From NCBI GenBank assembly GCA_044344255.1, contig JBIJDH010000033.1:1-58101 (forward strand): DNA of 58,101 nt. Direction: 5' to 3'. The stretch's first letter is position 1, and every line of letters starts with the position of its first letter. The position numbers and the translations under genes were made by a program. Shown in pieces: positions 46,395-55,787 of the stretch. Origin of the DNA: Myxococcota bacterium (lineage in GTDB: Bacteria > Myxococcota_A > UBA796 > UBA2385). The notes below the pieces were generated by a model. The model saw only the letters and a program-made list of their open reading frames with translations. It was not told where the DNA came from and did no database searches.

Positions 46395-47744
46395 ATGTCC
46401 CCCATCCTCCCGTTCGCCCTCGCCCTCAGCCTCTCGCTCGCCTGCTCGGAGGCGGGGCCGTACCCCGCTCGCCTCGACGAGGACGGCTTCGGGCCCGCGC
46501 TGCCGGTCTTCGTCGAGGTGGAGTCGGCGCCGGTCGACACCGGCCCCCCGCCGGTCTCCTACAGCGAGGGGGAGACCTCCCTCGGCGCCGCCCCGGAGGG
46601 GGTGGTCGCGCTGGGCGCCATCGAAGAGCTGGGGGACAGCCTCGACCTCGGGGGGTGGATGTACACCCTCGACCAGGTCCACACCGTTGACATCACCCTC
46701 GACAGCGCCGCCATCGCGTCCCTCAACGCCAACCCCTGGGCCGACGTGCACGCCGGCCTGGTCTTTGACGAGGCCTGGACGCTCCCCGACGTCGCCCTCC
46801 GCATCAAGGGCCGCCTCGGGTCCTATCGGGCGCTCACCGGGAAGTCGGGCTTCAAGGTCGACCTGAACGAGTTTGTGCCGGGAGAGAACATCGACGGTGT
46901 GACGCTCCTCAACCTCAACAACATGGTCCAGGACAATTCCCAGGTCCATGAGCTGATGGTCTATGAGGCCTTTCGCCTGGTGGGGCTCGCCGCCCCGCGG
47001 GTGGGCTACGTCTGGGTCACCGTGAACGGCGCCCCCTATGGCCTCTATACCAACGTCGAGGCCTATGACCAGAATTCCCTCCGGCGAAACTATGCGGATG
47101 GGACGGGGAACCTGTACGACGGCGATTATTACATGCCCGTCTGGGGCTCCTACACCATGATTGACTTCGACACGGCCACACAGGACCTCTTCCAGCAGGA
47201 CGAGGGCGTCGATATCGGTCGCCTGGACATCCACGGGGTGACCGCCGCGGTGGCGGCCTCCGCTGGCACGGAGAGCTTCGACGAGACGCTCGAGTACTAT
47301 CTGGACGTCGATCAGTTCCTCACCTTCTGGGCGATGGAGGCTTGGACGGGCCAGTACGACGGGTATGTCTACAACAAGAATAATTACCGCGTCTACTTTG
47401 ACCCTGCCGACGGCCTCGCGCGGATGATGCCCTGGGACCCGGACTGGGCCTTCTATCCCTCCGTGCCGCTCAGCTCCCCGGCCTCGAGCATCCCGTATTG
47501 GTGCCGGAGAGACACCGGCTGCCGGGCCCGCCTGACCGACATCGTCGCGCAGACCTGCAACGTCATCGGTCGAGACCGGGGTGAGCTCATTTCCACCCTC
47601 GACACGGCGCAGGCCTTGATCACCGAGTATGTGGAGATCGATCCCCGGAAGGAGTCGTCCGCCTCGTCCATCCTGGCGAACCAGGACTCCCTGCGGGGCT
47701 GGATCGACAAGCGCTGTGACACGCTCCGGAGCGCCGGCCTCTGA
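46395..47744 (+). CDS. CotH kinase-family lipoprotein
   Basis: SLAC lipobox; VALRIKG, FKVDLN, LNLNN..QD, VNGAPYGLYTNVE, DGY....NNYRVY, PWDPD. Confidence 0.92.
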   Translation: MSPILPFALALSLSLACSEAGPYPARLDEDGFGPALPVFVEVESAPVDTGPPPVSYSEGETSLGAAPEGVVALGAIEELGDSLDLGGWMYTLDQVHTVDITLDSAAIASLNANPWADVHAGLVFDEAWTLPDVALRIKGRLGSYRALTGKSGFKVDLNEFVPGENIDGVTLLNLNNMVQDNSQVHELMVYEAFRLVGLAAPRVGYVWVTVNGAPYGLYTNVEAYDQNSLRRNYADGTGNLYDGDYYMPVWGSYTMIDFDTATQDLFQQDEGVDIGRLDIHGVTAAVAASAGTESFDETLEYYLDVDQFLTFWAMEAWTGQYDGYVYNKNNYRVYFDPADGLARMMPWDPDWAFYPSVPLSSPASSIPYWCRRDTGCRARLTDIVAQTCNVIGRDRGELISTLDTAQALITEYVEIDPRKESSASSILANQDSLRGWIDKRCDTLRSAGL

Positions 47745-47759
47745 GCGCGACAGGACCCT

Positions 47760-47802
47760 TCAACGAACCGGATCAACGAACCGGACCCTTTCACGAACCG
47801 GA
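47760..47802 (+). repeat. Three direct repeats of ACGAACCGGA
   Basis: Copies at 47763, 47776 and 47793; the last runs into the GGAGGAG ribosome-binding site. Confidence 0.8.
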
Positions 47803-47809
47803 GGAGCGC

Positions 47810-48019
47810 GTGGAGCTGACCGGCAGGGCGTCGCGGCGCGGGGGCGAGTGGGTCCTCACCGACGGCGCAGGGAAGCAGTACAAGCTCAGCGGCGAGGCCC
47901 TCCCGGCCCGCTGCGACGGCCTGATGGTGCGCGTCGTCGGCGTGCTGGAGGACAGCTTCGGGCTGGGGGTCCTCCACGAGGAGGCCGTCCTCCGCGTTCA
48001 GCGGTGGCGGGTGGTCTGA
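47810..48019 (+). CDS. Small beta-rich (OB-fold-like) hypothetical protein
   Basis: GGAGGAG ribosome-binding site and GTG start; LTG...WVL.D..GKQYKL.G...VRVVG pattern. Confidence 0.7.
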   Translation: MELTGRASRRGGEWVLTDGAGKQYKLSGEALPARCDGLMVRVVGVLEDSFGLGVLHEEAVLRVQRWRVV

Positions 48020-48057
48020 GCGCTCAGGAGGACTGCGCGCTCAGGTGGTCTGTCCCC

Positions 48058-48939
48058 TCACTCGACGAAGGCCTCGAGCGTCTTGCAGCGCTTCGCGTGG
48101 CGCAGCTTGCGGAGGGCCTTGAGCTCGATCTGGCGGATGCGCTCGCGCGTGAGGTTGAAGCGCGCGCCGATCTCCTCGAGCGAGTATTGGGTGGGCTCGC
48201 CGATGCCGTAGCGCATCCGCACCACCTTCTCTTCGCGCGGGGTGAGGCTCGAGAGCGCGGAGCCGATCTCCTCGCGGAGGCTGCACTGGTCGAGGTCTTC
48301 GCCAGGCTTCTCGGCGTCGGGGTTCTCGATGAACTCACCCACCGAGCTGTCGGAGTCGTCCGAGACCGGGGCGTCGAGGCTCATCGGCTCGCGGCAGAGG
48401 CGAAGCAGCTCCTCGATCTTCTCGGGCTCGATCTCGAGGCGCTCGGCGATCTCGAAGGTGGTGGCCTCCCGGCCGAGCTCCTGGAAGAGGATCTTCTGGA
48501 CGTAGTGGATCTGGTTGACGACCTCGAGCTTGTAGATCGGGATGCGGATGGTCCGGATCTGGCTCTCGATGGCCCGGATGATGCTCTGGCGGATCCACCA
48601 GGAGGCATAGGTGGAGAACTTGAAGCCGCGGGTCCAGTCGAACTTCTCGACGGCCTTGATGAGCCCGAGGTTGCCCTCCTGGATGAGGTCCGCGAGCGGC
48701 AGGCCTCGGTAGGAGTACTGCTTGGCGATGCTGACCACGAGCCGGAGGTTGGCGCTGATCAAGGCCTGCTTGGCGAGCTCGGAGTCGGGGCCGGCGTCTG
48801 CCACCCGCCGCGCCACCTCGACCTCGTCGTCGCGACAGAGGAGCGGGATCTCCCCCATCCGCTTCAGGTACTTGTTCAGGAGGGGGTTGCCCTCCCCGAC
48901 GGGGGGCGCGCTGCGCTGGCGGGCTGCGGCAAAGGCCAT
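48058..48939 (-). CDS. RpoD/SigA-family (group 2-like) sigma70 factor lacking region 1.1
   Basis: [50 protein letters not shown]. Confidence 0.95.
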   Translation of the reverse strand: MAFAAARQRSAPPVGEGNPLLNKYLKRMGEIPLLCRDDEVEVARRVADAGPDSELAKQALISANLRLVVSIAKQYSYRGLPLADLIQEGNLGLIKAVEKFDWTRGFKFSTYASWWIRQSIIRAIESQIRTIRIPIYKLEVVNQIHYVQKILFQELGREATTFEIAERLEIEPEKIEELLRLCREPMSLDAPVSDDSDSSVGEFIENPDAEKPGEDLDQCSLREEIGSALSSLTPREEKVVRMRYGIGEPTQYSLEEIGARFNLTRERIRQIELKALRKLRHAKRCKTLEAFVE

Positions 48940-48973
48940 GATGGACTCCTCGTCTTGCGTCTACATTTCCCAA

Positions 48974-48990
48974 TGCAATCGCCGTGCCAA
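48974..48990 (-). promoter_or_regulatory. sigma54 promoter of the sigma70 gene
   Basis: Minus strand TTGGCACGGCGATTGCA matches the YTGGCACGNNNNTTGCW consensus. Confidence 0.85.
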
Positions 48991-49110
48991 GTCCTTGGGG
49001 CCCGCCGTCGCGGCCGTCGCGGAGGACCCGCCTCTACCTGATCGCGATGTCAAGCCGAAAATGCGTGAAGCTTACGATGGACTTACCGCATCCTGATTGG
49101 ACCCGGCTTC

Positions 49111-50226
49111 TCAACGAAATGAGACGATGTCCGATTTTTGGGACGACGTTCCACTTTCGGCGGAGGCGCGGCGGATGGCGGCGAAGGGGTCGGGCTCGCC
49201 CTTGGTCAGGCGGGCGACGCTGCGCATGAAGGTGAGCAGGTCGCCGCCCTCGGCCTGGAGCAGGGCCTCGAAGGCGGGGCGGTCGTCGTTGTAGGTGCGG
49301 AAGCCGACGAGGCGGGCGTTGTTCCAGCCCGGGCGGTCGGCGGCGCGGTGGTAGCGGGCGGGGTCGTGGAAGGGGGTGGCCTCGATGCGGGCGTGGAGGG
49401 TGGCGAAGAGGGCGGCCTTCTCGGCGGCGCGGCGGGCGTCATCGAGCGAGGGGTCTCGGTAGACGCGGTCAAGGTCCGCGTAGAGGGTCTGCTGGAGGGC
49501 GCTCCAGCGGGCGGCGTCCGCCTGCTCGGCGACGGCGGCGTGGAGCTCGGCGGAGTCCGGGCCGTGGCGGGCGGCGAGGTAGCGGGTGAGGCCCTCCTCG
49601 CCCACGAAGCTCGCGAAGCTCTCGTTGAAGCTCACCGAGCCCTTCACCCAGACGGTGGCGTGGGCGAGCTCGTGCAGCACGGTCTCAGCGAGGTCGGCTT
49701 CCGACCAGGTGAGCATGCCGGGGAGGATGGGGTCGCGGAACCAGCCGAGGGTGGAGTAGGCGCCGGCGGTGCGCCGGTACACGTCGAGGCCCTTCGCCGC
49801 GAGCGCCGCCTCCTTCTTCGCGGCGTCCTCCTCTCGAAAGTAGCCGAGGTAGGGGACACGACCGACGATGGGGAACCACCAGGTCTCGGCCTCGAAGGCC
49901 AGGGGATCGCAGGCGGTGAGGTTCCAGATGGTGCGGTCCCAGCCGACGGCCAGGGTCTCGTAGTTGTCGGTGGCGGAGTAGCCGTTCTCGGCGCCGAAGC
50001 GCTTGACGTCGGCCACGACGTCGAGCGCGCGCAGGGCCTCGGGGGGTAGGGCGCCGCTCGCCCGCACCGCGTCGAGGGGCTCTCGGGCGGCGAGCAGCTC
50101 GGCCTGGTAGGCCCCCGACTTGACCACGTAAGCGAGGCGGCAGCCGGCCAGCGGGGCGGCGAGCGCGGCGAGCGCGGCGAGCGGCAGGAGGCTGAGGGCC
50201 CGGGACCGCGCCTGGGTGGGGAGCAC
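49111..50226 (-). CDS. Putative zinc aminopeptidase lipoprotein
   Basis: LAGC lipobox; WWFPIVGRVPYLGYF, AYSTLGWFRDP, HELAH, FNESFA, NNARL; GAGG-N5-GTG start. Confidence 0.88.
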   Translation of the reverse strand: MLPTQARSRALSLLPLAALAALAAPLAGCRLAYVVKSGAYQAELLAAREPLDAVRASGALPPEALRALDVVADVKRFGAENGYSATDNYETLAVGWDRTIWNLTACDPLAFEAETWWFPIVGRVPYLGYFREEDAAKKEAALAAKGLDVYRRTAGAYSTLGWFRDPILPGMLTWSEADLAETVLHELAHATVWVKGSVSFNESFASFVGEEGLTRYLAARHGPDSAELHAAVAEQADAARWSALQQTLYADLDRVYRDPSLDDARRAAEKAALFATLHARIEATPFHDPARYHRAADRPGWNNARLVGFRTYNDDRPAFEALLQAEGGDLLTFMRSVARLTKGEPDPFAAIRRASAESGTSSQKSDIVSFR

Positions 50227-50277
50227 CGACACCTCGATGGGGCCGATCGATGGGGCACCCGTGGGAGATCTTCTCAT

Positions 50278-50293
50278 CTTTGCGTTGCCGCAA
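50278..50293 (+). promoter_or_regulatory. NnrR/DNR-type (CRP/FNR family) binding site upstream of norC
   Basis: ctTTGCG-N4-CGCAA palindrome, with a -10-like TGATATT at 50315-50321. Confidence 0.75.
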
Positions 50294-50367
50294 TCAACGG
50301 ACATGAAGATCCAATGATATTGCCCTGAAGCCCCCGCACCGCCACGGGGGCTCATCGGAGGCCACCC

Positions 50368-51129
50368 TTGCTCCCCAAATCCCAGGCCCGTGCCTTCTTC
50401 ATCGGGTTCACCGTGCTGTTCTCGGGGGTCTTCCTCGGGCTCACGGTGGACACCATTCGCCAGGTCCCCGCCCGCTCCCACGAAGACAAGCTCACCGCCG
50501 AGGTCGTCGCGGGGAAGGCCCTGTGGGAAGCAAACAACTGTATGGGCTGCCACACCCTCCTCGGCGAGGGCGCCTACTACGCCCCCGAGCTCACGAAGGT
50601 CGTCGAGCGGCGCGGCGCGCCGTGGATCAAGGTCTTCCTCGGGGACCCTGCCGCCATGTTCCCCGGGCGTCGCCAGATGGTGAAGTACGACTTCACCGAG
50701 GAGGAGAAGGACCAGCTCATCGCCTTCTTCACCTGGGTGGGGGAGATCGACACCAACGGCTTCCCGAAGAAGCCCGACCTGACGATCTCCGGCGTGGGTG
50801 TGGGCGTGGGCGTCGGCGTGGCGGCCGCTGCGGTCCCGCCGGCGGGCTCCGGCCTCGCGGTGGCCGGCGGGGCCCCCGAGGGGATGAGCGCGCGTGCGGC
50901 GCCGCCGGCCTTCTTCACCCAGGTCTGCCAGAGCTGCCACGCGGTCGGCGGCGTGGGCGGCGTCGTGGGCCCCTCGCTCGACGGGGTGGCCACGCGCTTC
51001 AGTCCGGAGAAGCTGGACGCCTGGCTGCGTGACCCCGCCTCCGTCAAGCCCGGCACCGCCATGCCGAACCTCGCGCTGCCGGACGCCACCCGCGCCGAGC
51101 TCGTCACCTGGCTCATGACCCTCCGCTAA
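50368..51129 (+). CDS. norC: Nitric oxide reductase subunit C with an extra C-terminal cytochrome c domain
   Basis: TM anchor, NNCMGCHTLLGEGAYYAPELT, RRQM; second heme CQSCH..GG.VGPSL...PGTAMP. Confidence 0.92.
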   Translation: MLPKSQARAFFIGFTVLFSGVFLGLTVDTIRQVPARSHEDKLTAEVVAGKALWEANNCMGCHTLLGEGAYYAPELTKVVERRGAPWIKVFLGDPAAMFPGRRQMVKYDFTEEEKDQLIAFFTWVGEIDTNGFPKKPDLTISGVGVGVGVGVAAAAVPPAGSGLAVAGGAPEGMSARAAPPAFFTQVCQSCHAVGGVGGVVGPSLDGVATRFSPEKLDAWLRDPASVKPGTAMPNLALPDATRAELVTWLMTLR

Positions 51130-51156
51130 AACCGAATCAAACCCATTGGAGGCGAC

Positions 51157-52569
51157 ATGCGCTACAAATCGCAGAAGGTCGCGTACCTCTTCTTCGCGAC
51201 CTGCATGCTCCTGTTCACGCTGCAGATCATCTACGGCTTCATCATGGGCTTCGCCCACATCGGCTGGGAGGGGCTCCACAGCGTGATCCCCTTCAACGTG
51301 GCCCGCGCCACCCACACGAACCTCCTGGTCGTGTGGCTGCTGTCGGGCTTCATGGGGGCCGCCTACTACATCATCCCCGAGGAGGCCGAGCGGGAGCTCG
51401 CGAGCGTGCCCGCCGCCCTCGTACAGTGGGCCAGCCTCGTGCTCGTCGGCGTCACCGCGATCATCGGCTTTCACCTGAACTGGTGGGAGGGCCGCAAATT
51501 CCTCGAGATCCCGCGCCCGCTCGACTACCTCGTGGTGGTCAACGTGCTGCTCTTCCTCGGCAACGTGGGCGTCACGGCCTGGAAGGGGCGGCGCTTCACC
51601 ACCACCGGCGTCGTGCTGCTCGCCGGCCTGCTGTCGGCGGCGCTGCTCTATCTGCCGGGGATGATCACCTTTGAGTCTCAGGTCTATGACTCCTACTTCC
51701 GCTGGTGGGTGGTGCACCTCTGGGTGGAGGGCGTGTGGGAGCTCATCATGGGCGGCATCCTCTCGTTTCTGCTCATCAAGCTGACCGGCGTGGACAGAGA
51801 GGTCATCGAGAAGTGGCTCTATGTCATCGTCGGGCTGACCTTCATCTCGGGCATCCTCGGGACAGGGCACCACTACTACTGGATCGGCGCGCCGGAGTAT
51901 TGGCTGGCCATCGGCGGCATCTTCTCGGCGCTCGAGCCCTTGGCCTTCCTCGGGATGGCGCTCTACACGGTGGCCATGAGCCGCAAGGGTGGCAAGAAGG
52001 CGGACAACCGGGTGGCGCTCCTCTGGACGGTGGGCTGCGGCATCATGAGCTTCGTGGGCGCCGGCTTCCTCGGCTTCGCCCATACCATCCCGCAGGTCAA
52101 CGTGTGGACCCACGGCACGCTCGTGACCGCGATGCACGGCCACCTCGCCTTCTGGGGCGCCTACGCGATGCTCGTGCTCGGCATCATCGCCTATGCCCTG
52201 CCCCAGATGACCGGCCGCAAGCTCTATCGCCACTGGACGGGTGAGTGGGCCTTCTGGACCTCCAACATCGGCATGCTGGGGATGACCGGCGCCTTCGCGG
52301 TGGCGGGCATCACGCAGGTCTACCTCGAGCGGCGCATGGGGATGGACTTCCTGGCCGCCCAGGAGGCCATCTCCGTCCACTTTATCGGCCTCGTGTTGGC
52401 GGCGACGCTGTTCACGGTGGGCATCGTGCTCTACATCTGGAACTTCATCCTCCACGGCCTGCCCACCGACGAGGCCATCGTCAGCGAGCACGGCGCGGCG
52501 GAGACCGCTGAAGATGCAGATCCTTCGCTGCCGCGCCCGCCCCTGTCGGTGGCCGAGGTCACCCCATGA
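51157..52569 (+). CDS. norB: Nitric oxide reductase large subunit (cNOR)
   Basis: HTNLLVVW, WWVVHLWVEGVWE, GTGHHYYW, GFAHT, HGHLAFWGAY. Confidence 0.97.
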   Translation: MRYKSQKVAYLFFATCMLLFTLQIIYGFIMGFAHIGWEGLHSVIPFNVARATHTNLLVVWLLSGFMGAAYYIIPEEAERELASVPAALVQWASLVLVGVTAIIGFHLNWWEGRKFLEIPRPLDYLVVVNVLLFLGNVGVTAWKGRRFTTTGVVLLAGLLSAALLYLPGMITFESQVYDSYFRWWVVHLWVEGVWELIMGGILSFLLIKLTGVDREVIEKWLYVIVGLTFISGILGTGHHYYWIGAPEYWLAIGGIFSALEPLAFLGMALYTVAMSRKGGKKADNRVALLWTVGCGIMSFVGAGFLGFAHTIPQVNVWTHGTLVTAMHGHLAFWGAYAMLVLGIIAYALPQMTGRKLYRHWTGEWAFWTSNIGMLGMTGAFAVAGITQVYLERRMGMDFLAAQEAISVHFIGLVLAATLFTVGIVLYIWNFILHGLPTDEAIVSEHGAAETAEDADPSLPRPPLSVAEVTP

Positions 52570-53381
52570 GCTCCATCGTCTCCACCGCCGCCGCCGCCGC
52601 CGCCGCCGCCGCGCTGCCCTGGTATCGGCCGGTGGGGGCGGAGTGTCAGGTCTTCGAGCACGCCTATCGGCACGCGCTCCCCCTGCTGCTCAAGGGGCCG
52701 ACGGGCTGCGGGAAGAGCCGCCTCGTCGAGCACATGGCGGCGAAGCTCGGCCGTCCGCTCGTGACGGTGTCCTGCCACGACGAGACCAGCGCGGTCGATC
52801 TCCTCGGCCGGTGGCTGGTGCGGGGCGAGGAGACGGTCTGGCAGGACGGGCCGGTGTCTCGGGCGGTGAGAGAGGGGGCCATCCTGTACCTGGACGAGGT
52901 CGCCGAGGCGCGCCCCGACGTCATCGTCGTGCTGCACCCGCTCACCGACCACCGCCGCCGGCTGTTCGTCGAGCGGCATGACGAGACCATCGAGGCGGCG
53001 CCCGGCTTCGGCCTCGTCGTCAGCTTCAACCCCGGCTACCAGCGCGGGCTGAAGGAGCTCAAGCCCTCGACCCGCCAGCGTTTCGTGGCGCTCCACTTCG
53101 ACTACCCTGCCCCCGCCGTGGAGGTCGAGGTCATCGAGGGGGAGACCGCCTGTGACCCGGGCGTGGCGAAGCGGCTCGTCGCCCTGGCGGGGAAGCTGCG
53201 CGCCGTGCGGGAGCTCGGGCTCGCCGAGGTGCCCTCGACCCGCCTGCTCATCGACGCCGCCCGCCTCATCGCCTCGGGCTTGCCGCCCCGCCTCGCCTGT
53301 CAGGTGGCGGTCGTCGAGCCCCTCACCGACGATCGCGACGTGGCCCGCGGGCTCTGTGATCTCGTGGCGCTGGTCTTTTGA
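52566..53381 (+). CDS. norQ: CbbQ/NirQ/NorQ AAA+ ATPase
   Basis: KGPTGCGKS, LYLDEVAEAR, SFNPGYQ, KELKPSTRQRF, STRLLI. Confidence 0.95.
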   Translation: MSSIVSTAAAAAAAAALPWYRPVGAECQVFEHAYRHALPLLLKGPTGCGKSRLVEHMAAKLGRPLVTVSCHDETSAVDLLGRWLVRGEETVWQDGPVSRAVREGAILYLDEVAEARPDVIVVLHPLTDHRRRLFVERHDETIEAAPGFGLVVSFNPGYQRGLKELKPSTRQRFVALHFDYPAPAVEVEVIEGETACDPGVAKRLVALAGKLRAVRELGLAEVPSTRLLIDAARLIASGLPPRLACQVAVVEPLTDDRDVARGLCDLVALVF

Positions 53382-55270
53382 TGGGCCCCCGGCCGGCGAG
53401 GCCAGACGAGTCGGAGCCCCTGGAGGGGCTGGCGCCGAAGCTGGAGCTCGAGTGGGAGGAGCACGCATTCCGGTGGCTCTACGGACTCTGGAGGCGGCTG
53501 AGGCCGGCGCCGCTCCCGGCCTATCGGGCGGAGGCCGCCCAGCTCGAGCGGGAGGGCGCGGCGCTCAGCACGGTGGCGAGGGTGCTGGCGCGGGAGGCGG
53601 TGCGCCTGGTCCCGGCCCGCGGGGAGGGGGGCCTTCGCGCCGCCGACCTCCTCGTGCCGCCCGCCCTCGACCTCGGGGGGAGCGCGGAGGAGAACCGGGA
53701 GGCGCTGCTCTTACGTGTGGCGGTGGGGGCCACGATCCGGCGCCTCGGCCTCGATCGGGAGGTGCCGCCCGAGGGCCCGCTGCGCGCCCTCCGGAGCCTC
53801 GACGCGGCGCGGGTGGCCACGGACCGGCTGGTAGACGAGCTCCCCGCCTTCGCCGACCTTCACCGGCGGGTCGCCGCCGCGGAGCTCCGGGGGCGCGCCG
53901 CCGGCTCCCCGGCCTGGGACCGCCTCCGCGCCGCCGCCCTCGACCTCGCCACCCCGTGGGCTCCCCCCGCCGCGCCGCCTGCGGGCGACCCCGGCCCACC
54001 CCTCCGCGTCTGGGGCGGCCTCGTGCGCGCGCCCGGGGCGGTGACGGCGATCGACTCGAAGGGGGAGCTGCCTGCGGCCCGCTCGACCGGCGCGGAGCGG
54101 GTCGGCCGCCCCGCCGACGAGGTGGAGCGGGTGACGGTCGACGAGGAGCGGGCCCGCGAGAAGGTCGTCCAGCACGTCTTTGAGAAGGTGGAGACCCTCG
54201 ACGAGCACCAAGGACAGGTCCAGCGGATGGACGGGGCCGACGAGCTCGACGACCACATGGAGGCCTTGGACGAGCTCGACCTCAAGCAGGTCATCCGCGG
54301 GGGAGAGCGGGCAGAGTCGCTCTATCGGGCGGAGATCGGCATCGACGCCGACGTGCCGGACGTCGCCGACGTCCTCCCCGGAGAGCCGGGGGTGACCTAC
54401 GACGAGTGGGACGTCGTCGCGGGGCGGTACAAGCCCGGCTGGTGCACGGTGTACCCTACGCCGATGGGCGGGGGCGACGGCCGGTGGGCCGCGGGCGCCC
54501 TGCCCCGCCAGCGGGCCCTCATCGAGGACCTGCACCGCCGCCTCGTCATCCACCGGACGCGGCGCTCCCCCGTCCGGGGTCAGGCCGACGGCGAGGACCT
54601 CGACCTCGAGGCCCTGGTCGAGAGCTTCGCCGAGCGGCGCGCCGGGCGCGGTCCCCTCGAGCGGGTCTACGTCCGTGGCCAGCGCCGGGCGCGGAGCTTC
54701 GCCACCACGGTGCTGCTCGACGTCTCCCTCTCGAGCGACGCCTGGGTGGCGGAGCGCCGGGTCCTCGACGTGGCGCGGGAGGCGATCCTCGTGCTCGGTG
54801 AGGTGGCCGACCGGCTCGGAGATCGGCTCCAGGTGCTGGCCTTCGCCTCTCACACGCGCAACCGCTGCCGCGTCTGGACCCTCCGCGACTGGGGCGACCC
54901 CTGGGCCCTCGGCCGGGCCCGCCTCGGCAGCCTCCACCCCCAGGGCTACACCCGCATCGGCCCCGCCCTCCGCCACGCCGCCGCCGAGCTCGCCCGCACC
55001 GAGGCCGACCGCAAGCTCCTGCTCCTGGTCTCGGACGGCAAGCCCACGGACTTCGATCGGTACGAGGGGCGCTACGGCGTGGCCGACGTCCGGCAGGCCC
55101 TCCGCGAGGCCGAGGCGAAGGGGGTGGTGACCCACGGCCTCGCCATCGACGCCGTCGCCCGCGACCACCTCCCGGTCATGCTCGGCCCGGGCGCCTGGCA
55201 CATCCTGCCCGACCCCCGGCGGCTGCCCGAGGTGCTCACCACGGTCTATGGCAGGATGACCGGACGATGA
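53378..55270 (+). CDS. norD: Nitric oxide reductase activation protein (VWA domain)
   Basis: YDEWD, MIDAS DVSLS, YTRIGPALRHA, SDGKPTD.DRYEGRYG..D. Confidence 0.93.
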   Translation: MMGPRPARPDESEPLEGLAPKLELEWEEHAFRWLYGLWRRLRPAPLPAYRAEAAQLEREGAALSTVARVLAREAVRLVPARGEGGLRAADLLVPPALDLGGSAEENREALLLRVAVGATIRRLGLDREVPPEGPLRALRSLDAARVATDRLVDELPAFADLHRRVAAAELRGRAAGSPAWDRLRAAALDLATPWAPPAAPPAGDPGPPLRVWGGLVRAPGAVTAIDSKGELPAARSTGAERVGRPADEVERVTVDEERAREKVVQHVFEKVETLDEHQGQVQRMDGADELDDHMEALDELDLKQVIRGGERAESLYRAEIGIDADVPDVADVLPGEPGVTYDEWDVVAGRYKPGWCTVYPTPMGGGDGRWAAGALPRQRALIEDLHRRLVIHRTRRSPVRGQADGEDLDLEALVESFAERRAGRGPLERVYVRGQRRARSFATTVLLDVSLSSDAWVAERRVLDVAREAILVLGEVADRLGDRLQVLAFASHTRNRCRVWTLRDWGDPWALGRARLGSLHPQGYTRIGPALRHAAAELARTEADRKLLLLVSDGKPTDFDRYEGRYGVADVRQALREAEAKGVVTHGLAIDAVARDHLPVMLGPGAWHILPDPRRLPEVLTTVYGRMTGR

Positions 55271-55785
55271 ACGAACCCTCTCCGCGCTCCCCGCCCACAC
55301 CGATGCCCGCCGACCCGGTGGCCGCCTTCCTGGCCTGCCACGCGCGGATCCGCACCTTCTGTGACGGCCTGTCCCGCATGGCCGCGCTCTCGGACCTGGG
55401 AGACCCGCGGGTGCCCGCCTCCGCCGCCCAAGCCCACCGGTATTTCTCGATCGCGCTGCCGCTCCACGCCGCCGATGAGGACCGCTCGCTCGCGCCGCGG
55501 CTCCACGCCGTGGCTCCCGACTGTGATGGGCTGATGGAGGCGCTGGCGCGGGATCACGCGCAGATCGATCAATGCCTCCTCCGGCTGAACCCGATGCTGG
55601 ATGCGCTCTCTCAGGGCGAGATGGTGCCGGTCGAGGCCCTCCGGGAGCAGGTGGACGCGCTCCGGGGCACCCTGCTGCCGCACATCGAGCGGGAGGAGAG
55701 GGAGCTCTTCCCCCGCTGTGTCGCCCTCTCCGAGGCCGACCGGCGCGAGATCCTCACGGAGCTCTTCGCGCGGAGGGCCGGATAG
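55267..55785 (+). CDS. Hemerythrin-domain protein
   Basis: ACHARI, LHAADEDRSL, DHAQI, HIEREERELFP. Confidence 0.88.
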   Translation: MNEPSPRSPPTPMPADPVAAFLACHARIRTFCDGLSRMAALSDLGDPRVPASAAQAHRYFSIALPLHAADEDRSLAPRLHAVAPDCDGLMEALARDHAQIDQCLLRLNPMLDALSQGEMVPVEALREQVDALRGTLLPHIEREERELFPRCVALSEADRREILTELFARRAG

Positions 55786-55787
55786 AC

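Noticed and set aside
52586..52612. (GCC)n run at the start of norQ
   Set aside because: In-frame poly-Ala microsatellite; triplet slippage cannot shift the frame.
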